Shown: positions 58,011 to 64,000 of the stretch, piece by piece
Layout of the letters: each line of letters opens with the position of its first letter
Numbering within the stretch: the stretch's first letter is position 1
NCBI GenBank assembly: GCA_021817125.1
Contig: JAKAWC010000001.1
Location: forward strand, 12,327 to 76,326
Direction: 5' to 3'
Source: Candidatus Micrarchaeota archaeon
GTDB taxonomy: Archaea > Micrarchaeota > Micrarchaeia > Micrarchaeales > CABMGC01
Length of the DNA stretch: 64,000 nt
The notes under the pieces: model-generated
Databases searched by the model: none
The model's input: only the letters and a program-made list of their open reading frames with translations
Told to the model about the DNA's origin: nothing
Translations under genes and position numbers: made by a program

Positions 58011-58249
58011 AGAAGGCTGTGCTTGGGCGTCCGATGTACGAGGCCCTCAAGGCGGCGCTCAAGGAGGCATCCAAGAGGAACGATGCGGAGAATCCCATGT
58101 CAATAGAGTCGTTCTTCGAGAGGATGGAGAAACTCACGCTGAAGAAGCTCGGCGCGAGGGCGAGGAGGCTACTGCTCGGCAAACTCCGGGAGAGAGATTA
58201 TCTTGTAGAATACAAGGAGGGAAAGGCGTGGAGGCAGAGTAGGTTATAA
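58007..58249 (+). CDS. small basic hypothetical (wHTH-like) protein
   Basis: ATGA overlap with the ATPase; LRERDYLVEYKEG wing-like end. Confidence 0.55.
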   Translation: MKKAVLGRPMYEALKAALKEASKRNDAENPMSIESFFERMEKLTLKKLGARARRLLLGKLRERDYLVEYKEGKAWRQSRL

Positions 58250-58279
58250 TCCAGCTTTGGTTCGGACTCAGGAGCAGAC

Positions 58280-59023
58280 CTATCTCCTTTTGAGGAAGAA
58301 ATAAAGCAGGAATATAAAGCCACTTGATAGATGTGTAGGGAAGCTGTTTCCTACAATGAACGAGCCTATGGCAAATATTATCGTAGTGACCGTTGCCAAC
58401 GCATAAAATCCTTGCATGATGCAGCCAGCCCTCCAAAAGGCTTCTTTAGGGTTTATTTTTCTTCCGACCAAGGCGTTTAATCGTGTGACAAACGCTACGA
58501 GCTTGCTTGTTCCTGCTTTTTTAGATGATTTACGAAAAGCGTCCCAGTCTATGATGAGACCCATCATCATAAAGAGCATCATGTCAAAGCCGATAAGTGA
58601 CGTCCCGGCGCCAAGTTTACCTAAATAAACGTAATCCATCATGGAAAGGAGGTAAGTGGAGAATACGGCTACAGCTATCGCACTTTTAAAAGATAGGTAT
58701 TTTTTAAATCGCTGCTCAAAAGCTAGCGAGTATAGGATGGCAAAAAACAGCATGATTGCCACTGCGCCATCATTTGCATCAATTCCCTGTGCGATTGAAG
58801 TATAGCTTTTCGACAGATTCTCACAGTAATTTATAGGAGACGTTATGAAGATGCCAATTAATGTAGAGTTGGTACATGCGGTGTTTGATCCGTAAAAACT
58901 GATGTAAGCTAGATTAGCACCTTCGTAGAGCAACACGAAAATCAAGCTACCTATTGCTGCTAAAACAGCACTCAATAGGATTTTGTGTTCAAAAACTTGC
59001 AACAAAAACTGTTTTGCATCCAT
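58280..59023 (-). CDS. divergent rhomboid-like intramembrane protein
   Basis: About 6 TMs; GAGTSLIG (GxS) and THLSSG (like AHLGG) at the expected spacing. Confidence 0.55.
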   Translation of the reverse strand: MDAKQFLLQVFEHKILLSAVLAAIGSLIFVLLYEGANLAYISFYGSNTACTNSTLIGIFITSPINYCENLSKSYTSIAQGIDANDGAVAIMLFFAILYSLAFEQRFKKYLSFKSAIAVAVFSTYLLSMMDYVYLGKLGAGTSLIGFDMMLFMMMGLIIDWDAFRKSSKKAGTSKLVAFVTRLNALVGRKINPKEAFWRAGCIMQGFYALATVTTIIFAIGSFIVGNSFPTHLSSGFIFLLYFFLKRR

Positions 59024-59263
59024 TACTATAACCTGTAGTCTCGCGGTTTAATAATAGATTGTGCGTTTGCATTAACAGGCGTGAATGCGACATTTTGCAC
59101 TTTGTTCAACCATGTCTATAGTATAAGAGTGCTCCTAGTAAAAATATAATGCCTATCACGATTACGACAGAACCTGCAAAGGTTTCTTTATTGATTAATG
59201 CGTCGGCACCTACCAGTATGAATACGCCTCCGGTTAATAGGTATTCAATTGGTGTCCTCGTTT

Positions 59264-59656
59264 TCATCGTGTTCGCCTGCCGGCGCGAGCCCTACGTCGT
59301 TTTATATGTGACTTTCCTCTTTTAATAATTCTTCCCCATAAATCCTTATCCAAGTCTATATCTAATGCATCAAGACTTTTTGAGACTGCACCGTATCCGC
59401 CCGTCAAAAGAACGAGCGCGGTCGTGTCGGGGTCGATTGGAAGTGTTGCTGTATTCAATACGCCAAGAGCTATCACCCCCGCTACTATCAATAGCGCACT
59501 CAGAATCAACCATGCATTGATTAAAGCAGTGAGGAAGTCAATCTTCTTTTTCATAAAGAATTTAAGAACTATCCAGAGGACTACGGCCAGCAAGAAGGCA
59601 CCGACGATAAAGTACCCAAACGACGGCTGTTGACTTGACGACAATTGAATGCTCAC
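59264..59656 (-). CDS. small membrane protein with a basic tail
   Basis: 2-3 TMs; GTG start 1 nt after the glycine-zipper peptide stop. Confidence 0.65.
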   Translation of the reverse strand: MSIQLSSSQQPSFGYFIVGAFLLAVVLWIVLKFFMKKKIDFLTALINAWLILSALLIVAGVIALGVLNTATLPIDPDTTALVLLTGGYGAVSKSLDALDIDLDKDLWGRIIKRGKSHIKRRRARAGRRTR

Positions 59657-59657
59657 G

Positions 59658-59801
59658 TTAACGCCTCTGCCTTCCTTTCAAGAGAGAGCCGATTATTGCG
59701 CCGATAATGCCGCCTGCCACTACACCTTCCTCACCGCCAACTAGCCCCCCAAGCAGCGCACCTAAGATTAACCCAAGTGCAGTTTCATCGTCGCTCGCCA
59801 T
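59658..59801 (-). CDS. 47-aa glycine-zipper membrane peptide (absent from the ORF track)
   Basis: MASDDETALGLILGALLGGLVGGEEGVVAGGIIGAIIGSLLKGRQRR; repeated GxxxG; TTTATATA about 24 nt upstream. Confidence 0.75.
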   Translation of the reverse strand: MASDDETALGLILGALLGGLVGGEEGVVAGGIIGAIIGSLLKGRQRR

Positions 59802-59852
59802 GCTTATGAACTATCGGTTTAGGTATATAAATGTTCGGCGAGTGAGGTCCTG

Positions 59853-60115
59853 GCGAGCGAGGCCGCCGCCGAGCCTCGACGAAGGAGAGGCGAGAACGGC
59901 CGAGCGAGCCAATGCTTCTTTAGCCTCCGCCTAGAGCTGCAAGGAGCTCAGGCCGGCGCTATTGCTGTTGGTGTAGCTGTTGCTGGAGCCGGTGCTGATT
60001 TTGGTGCTATTGCCGGTGCTGTTAGTGGTGTTGGTGTTTGGGCTTGGCTCGGTGCAAGCTGGGCAGGCCCACAGCCAGGCTCGCTCGTCGCCTCCGCCAT
60101 CGGCTCCTCGCTCGC
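59853..60115. other. structured non-coding element (nested inverted repeats around a degenerate GCTGTT/GGTGTT tract)
   Basis: GCGAGCGAGG (59853-62) pairs with CCTCGCTCGC (60106-15); CGAGCGAGCC (59901-10) pairs with GGCTCGCTCG (60078-87). Confidence 0.6.
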
Positions 60116-60232
60116 TTGCGGGCACAGAACTCAAATTGGAACGAAGCTTTAAATACGACTTTTATCTAATCTCCAGCATGCCTCCAAAGGGAAAAAAGGG
60201 ACCAAGTTGGCCCAAGAAGCAGATAGACACAT

Positions 60233-60810
60233 ATGAATAACCCCACCCCAAGGGGTGGGGTATCTGGGTTGCATCACAACTCAATGGATTTTGAATAATT
60301 TGAGTTGTTTGTAACCATCCTTTTCTTCTTCTGATCCTTGTTTCAATATGTAATTTCTGACGACATTTGCAGTTGTTCCTTCGCCAACAGTTCCGATGTA
60401 ACCACCATCACTCCAGAATTCACCGCCCCACAAATTCCTTTTTATTTCAGGGAACTTGGTAAATAGTTCTCTTGCAGTAATACTTTTCACTATTCTGAAT
60501 ATTTCTGATGGCGAATACTTAGGCGCAGACTCAACAAATAGATGGACATGATCACCATCTGTTCCCACGGTTTCGAACCGTATATCATATCGTCTTTCAA
60601 CTTCTGATAGAACATATCTGAGAAATGAAATTCTATCTTCATGAAGCAATAATTTCTTCCTGTATTTCACACAGATTACGATATGATACCTAATCCAATA
60701 GACCTTGTGTGCTGCATGCGCGATAGTCATACACTTTATTCTGCAACAGGATGTTTATTAGTAACTGTTGCACAGCGCATCCCCACCGCAAGCAGTGGGG
60801 AATTCAAGCA
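60233..60810 (-). mobile_element. IS200-type element (tnpA only)
   Basis: Hairpins CCCCACCCCAAGGGGTGGGG (60241-60260) and CCCCACCGCAAGCAGTGGGG (60781-60800); inferred target TTTAA; no TSD. Confidence 0.85.
60281..60730 (-). CDS. tnpA: IS200/IS605 HUH (Y1) transposase
   Basis: YHIVICVKYRK, DHVHL (HUH), KSITAR, LWGGEFWSDGGY, VRNYI..Q. Confidence 0.95.
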   Translation of the reverse strand: MTIAHAAHKVYWIRYHIVICVKYRKKLLLHEDRISFLRYVLSEVERRYDIRFETVGTDGDHVHLFVESAPKYSPSEIFRIVKSITARELFTKFPEIKRNLWGGEFWSDGGYIGTVGEGTTANVVRNYILKQGSEEEKDGYKQLKLFKIH

Positions 60811-60974
60811 TTAAAGAGGGAGCATACGAAAGCGAGATCGCTTTAGTTGAGACACCTAAAGGCGACGAGGCGCTACAGATAACTACCTCAAGAAAAGTCA
60901 CTGCTGACTATACGAAATACCATCATGGGCTATGGATGCCAAGGCGATTGTTCGGCAAATGGGTAGTATGGCTA

Positions 60975-62121
60975 TAGCAGCCCAATGAAGTGATACAACT
61001 TCCTCTACTTCCGCTTTTCCGAAAGAATATTATCTGTTTCCATCCAACATGTTTCGACGACCATGTTGGAAAGCGACTCCAACACTCTTGGCGACCTGTA
61101 CAAGAACTGCAAGGATGCAAAGGAAAAGATACGGTATGAGGCACTGTATGCGGTAAGTAGGGGCAACGATATCAAGACTGTTGCAGATATTATTGCGGTT
61201 GAGGAATCAACAGTGTACGATTGGGTACACCAGTGGGAAGCAGAACGGACGGTTTCGGATAAACCGCGTAGCGGCAGACCGCCAAAACTAACAAAAGAAG
61301 ACGACAAAGAGATAAAGCAGCTTATCGACGAAAACGATCCGAAGAAATACGGGATTAACGCGTCTTCGTATACTACGGCGGAGCTGCAGGAATATTTCCT
61401 GCGCTTCCGTGGCAAACATATTGCTGAGGAGACGTTCAGAGTGCATCTCAAAGGGATGGGTGCAAGATATGTAAAGGCGGTATTGAGATATAAAGAAGCA
61501 GATGAAGGGAGACAGATTGAATTTGCGCTGAATTTCTCACATGTAGCGTCCAATTACGGATTTACAAAAATCCTGTTTATCGACGAAATGTCCGTATCGA
61601 CCTCTGCGCACAACGGCTATGGATGGACATTCGATGAACGACTCGTTGTGGATGCACCGCAGCGCAACAAGGTGAAGGCGAATTACTTCGGTGCAGTAGA
61701 AGTCATTGACGGAGAGGTCGTAGAGATTGTAAGGAAAAGCGCAAAGGTCGACTCATTCATTGCGTTGCTGAAGAAGATGAATGAAAGATATGCCGATGAC
61801 AAAATGCTTATTTTGATGGACAACAGCCAGGTGCATCATGCGAGAAAGGTCGCCGAATTCTTCCGTAAACAAGAGAGGATGAAACTTATGTTCCTGCCGC
61901 CATATTCGCCGGATATCAATCCAGAGGAGTATTTCCATAACCACTTGAGGAATAAGGTGCTGAACAACCACAACTTCAGAAGTACGAAACAGATCGGTCG
62001 TGCGATAAGTCGATTCGTGAAGAGACTAAGTCCAGAAACGATCAGGAGTATTGCGACACTGTTGCCGATAGAGGCACTTTTATCAGCACAAAAAGAGTTG
62101 TGAGACTTTCAAGGAAAGCTA
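60975..62121 (+). mobile_element. IS630-family insertion sequence
   Basis: TA dinucleotides at 60973-74 and 62122-23; imperfect terminal IRs TAGCAGCCCAATGAAG / TAGCTTTCCTTGAAAG. Confidence 0.85.
61063..62103 (+). CDS. IS630 DDE transposase
   Basis: HTH + RSGRPPKL, FIDEM, MDNSQVH, LPPYSPDINPEE. Confidence 0.95.
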   Translation: MLESDSNTLGDLYKNCKDAKEKIRYEALYAVSRGNDIKTVADIIAVEESTVYDWVHQWEAERTVSDKPRSGRPPKLTKEDDKEIKQLIDENDPKKYGINASSYTTAELQEYFLRFRGKHIAEETFRVHLKGMGARYVKAVLRYKEADEGRQIEFALNFSHVASNYGFTKILFIDEMSVSTSAHNGYGWTFDERLVVDAPQRNKVKANYFGAVEVIDGEVVEIVRKSAKVDSFIALLKKMNERYADDKMLILMDNSQVHHARKVAEFFRKQERMKLMFLPPYSPDINPEEYFHNHLRNKVLNNHNFRSTKQIGRAISRFVKRLSPETIRSIATLLPIEALLSAQKEL

Positions 62122-62553
62122 TAATCGTGAGTTCTCGCTTGTCGAAGTCGATGTTGCTTATGTGCAACTGGCAGACCTCGCCAACTCGAAGACCCATGTG
62201 CGCCTGATACTTGAACAGAAGCGCGAACTTCTCGCTTGCGATGCTTCTAAAGAAGCGTTGCAGTTCTGGCTCCGTAAAACCCTTGTTTATCGAGCCGTAT
62301 CTAGGCTCTTTCCTTCTTTTGAAACGCTGGGCGTACGCCTTGACCATCACAGACCGCGCAGCCTCAAGCTGCCACTTGGAGGCCATTCTGCTCGCTTCTT
62401 CTACGCTGCTTAGGAAGTCCTTGAAAACGAACCCCGAACCCGCGTTTTCAGCCTTCCCGCCTGATGTCCTGCCTCTGGTTTTGAACCCGGAGCCATAGAC
62501 GCTAGATTTGAATGGGGCTGCCGAGATTTGAACTCGGGTATCTGTCATTGCAG
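62122..62553 (-). pseudogene. truncated tyrosine integrase (SSV-type int(C)-like), cut by IS630
   Basis: FTEPELQRFF..FALLFKYQAHMGLRVGEVCQL..IDF (box I Arg); frame runs through the half-tRNA; HxxR/Y region missing. Confidence 0.8.
62513..62553 (-). other. orphan 3' half of tRNA-Cys(GCA), att-like
   Basis: CT-GCA-AT-GACAG-ATAC-CCGAG-TTCAAAT-CTCGG-CAGCCCC-A: anticodon loop, perfect T arm and acceptor 3' strand; no 5' half adjacent. Confidence 0.75.
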
Positions 62554-62556
62554 TAG

Positions 62557-62631
62557 CGGGCATGACGGGATTTGAACCCGCAACCCTCGGGTCCGAAGCC
62601 CGATGCGCTATCCAAGTTACGCCACATGCCC
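62557..62631 (-). tRNA. tRNA-Arg(TCG)
   Basis: GGGCATG/CATGCCC-G acceptor, TCGGG-CTTCGGA-CCCGA anticodon arm, GGTTCAAATCC T loop. Confidence 0.93.
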
Positions 62632-62679
62632 ACAGAGTATATACTCAGCATGGTTTTTAAGCCCTGATGAGAGAGCGAC

Positions 62680-63096
62680 TCACTCTTGGATCCTCTCTAT
62701 CGGTTCAAGGCCATCGGCGAACTCCTCCTTCATGTCTCCGAAGAGCTCCTTGTATTCCTGGCGGTCCGGTCTCCCGAGTGCGTAGTACACCCACATGGAC
62801 ATAGCGTGCTCTGGCACAGGGATGCTGGTCACCTCTTCGACATCGGTCTCGCTGATGTTCTTCCAGCCGTCTGCAAAGGCGTACTTCGCCTCGTCAAGTA
62901 TCTTCTCCTTCTCGAGCTGCCCTCCGAATCGCAGATACCTATGTGTCTGCCATGAGTGGCTAGATGACAGAGCCGCAACAAGCATCGCCCTCTTCACTAC
63001 TGCCATGTCCTTCTCGCTGAACTCCCGCTTCTTCGCAACCTTGCGAACCTCCGCCACGAATAGCCCATATTTGTTTAATATGGTTCTAATCGGCAT
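62680..63096 (-). CDS. hypothetical protein
   Basis: 138-aa ORF with host-like codon usage and TTTATAA upstream. Confidence 0.65.
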   Translation of the reverse strand: MPIRTILNKYGLFVAEVRKVAKKREFSEKDMAVVKRAMLVAALSSSHSWQTHRYLRFGGQLEKEKILDEAKYAFADGWKNISETDVEEVTSIPVPEHAMSMWVYYALGRPDRQEYKELFGDMKEEFADGLEPIERIQE

Positions 63097-63239
63097 GCAA
63101 TCAACGTCGCCCTTATTCGATTATTTACCAGCTTGCTTTATAAAGACTTCCCCTATTCTTTACGGAAGATAAGTAAAAGCTCCTCTCGAAAGTTCAAAAC
63201 CTCGAAAGTCTTATAAACTTTCATCGGTATAAGGAAACA

Positions 63240-63677
63240 GTGATTCCTATGATAACAGGAAATAGAATAACTAGCGTAGAGGCCAAGCGCGATCTCGACG
63301 ACATGATAACAAACATGCGCTTCAACATCAATTTTGACGATGTTAAGACTGAGGGCGACAACGTAGATGTTGCATACACGTTCACCGCTGTATACGAGGG
63401 AGGCAATTCGGGAAGCCCGAAGACGGTGGGTCAGCTGAAGATAACCGGAAGCATAGCCGCGAGGGAGAGCAAGCAGACGATCTCCGAGGTGACGAAGCTC
63501 TGGAAGGACAAGAAGACCCTGCCGATACAGTTCGCCGAGGACGTAATCAACCTCCTCAACTTTGAGTGCGGATCGAGAGGAACGCTGGTCGCTTATTCGA
63601 TAGGCTTCGTGGCGCCGCTCCCAATAAGCAGGGCAAAGCTCCAGGAACAGGCCGTGAAGGGAAGCGGGGCAGCCTGA
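63240..63677 (+). CDS. conserved archaeal hypothetical protein (possibly SecB-like fold)
   Basis: ITSVEAKR..NINF..V..YTFTAVY..G.LKITG...N......P.P.P pattern. Confidence 0.65.
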   Translation: MIPMITGNRITSVEAKRDLDDMITNMRFNINFDDVKTEGDNVDVAYTFTAVYEGGNSGSPKTVGQLKITGSIAARESKQTISEVTKLWKDKKTLPIQFAEDVINLLNFECGSRGTLVAYSIGFVAPLPISRAKLQEQAVKGSGAA

Positions 63678-63711
63678 TTCCCATTCTCTTTATTTCTTAA
63701 CGGATAAGAGC

Positions 63712-64000
63712 ATGGCAGAGATAGAGCTAAAGGGAGTAATCCTCGATATCGACTACGTAACCCGGGATACGAAGAGCGCCATACGCATGGCGTTCAAGAG
63801 CGGCGGGAAGATATACACAGTATATGACACGCACTTTCCTCCCTATTTCTATCTCATACCTCACAATGATGGTCTTGATGCAAGCTCGCTCGCCAAGATG
63901 GTCATCCCGATAGAGAAGGAGAACGTCGAAATAGCCGGCGCAGAGAAGCTTACGGTATACAGTAAGGGCAGGCAGATCACAGTGATCAAAGTTACCGTGA
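63712..64000 (+). CDS. polB: family B DNA polymerase, N-terminal part (runs off the window)
   Basis: GVILDIDYVT..IRMAFK..YD..FPPYFY, typical of the archaeal PolB N-terminal domain. Confidence 0.75.
   Translation, partial: MAEIELKGVILDIDYVTRDTKSAIRMAFKSGGKIYTVYDTHFPPYFYLIPHNDGLDASSLAKMVIPIEKENVEIAGAEKLTVYSKGRQITVIKVTV

Larger units (their letters stand above)
60178..60974 (+). pseudogene. small gene split by IS200 and truncated by IS630
   Basis: Removing 60233-60810 restores MPPKGKKGPSWPKKQIDTFKEGAYESEIALVET...; frame ends at the IS630 junction. Confidence 0.65.
50518..62553. mobile_element. composite integrative island between tRNA-Val and tRNA-Arg
   Basis: Inward-facing integrase next to each tRNA; AT-rich cargo; R-M genes, transfer-type ATPase, two IS elements, half-tRNA att-like site. 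Confidence 0.8.

Noticed and set aside
60179..60187. TGCCTCCA match to the tRNA-Val 3' end as a possible attR
   Set aside because: Only about 8 bp, overlaps a start codon and lacks the T arm; compatible with chance.
59931..60240. Low-complexity ORFs (Asn/Thr/Ser-rich minus strand; Leu/Val-rich plus strand)
   Set aside because: They arise from the 3/6-nt repeat tract and have weak starts; the inverted-repeat structure explains the region better.
62472..62495. Second T-loop-like motif (CCGGGTTCAAAACCAG, minus strand) inside the integrase fragment
   Set aside because: Stem is imperfect and there is no acceptor or anticodon context; not supportable as a tRNA fragment.

Overview
Archaeal chromosomal window, most likely from a DPANN lineage such as Micrarchaeota. 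This is inferred from the archaeal-type ThrRS, the A/V-type ATP synthase operon, Dph6, a class III signal-peptide LamG protein, TATA-box promoters and leaderless or overlapping genes. From left to right: (1-3.8 kb) a VirD4/HerA-like ATPase coupled to a tandem array of at least 3 Cys/Ser-rich paralogs; (3.8-6.5 kb) two surface proteins with a shared GSNTALY-TM-basic tail, separated by a solo-TnpB IS1341-like element; (6.5-16.3 kb) nucleotide house-cleaning and glycosylation genes; (16.4-25 kb) sdhA, a non-canonical anchor gene, a membrane-fused sdhB, fumC, malic enzyme and thrS; (26.5-37.7 kb) an RHH-regulated cysD/cysN sulfate-activation locus with a homing-endonuclease remnant, an 1821-aa protein made of 12 unfamiliar ~95-aa repeats fused to a SAM-methyltransferase-like domain, a GT4 and an AlkP-superfamily gene; (41.3-49.7 kb) a complete ATP synthase operon; (50.4-62.6 kb) a composite integrative island between convergent tRNA-Val and tRNA-Arg genes. 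The island holds two integrases, a ThaI-like R-M system, a NYN RNase, an ATPase-nuclease fusion, a divergent rhomboid, a glycine-zipper peptide, a structured non-coding element, IS200, IS630 and an orphan tRNA-Cys 3' half. The window ends in the start of a family B DNA polymerase. No CRISPR array or rRNA was seen. The strongest novelty candidates are the repeat-methyltransferase giant protein and the island. All calls come from reading motifs by eye; no database searches were run.
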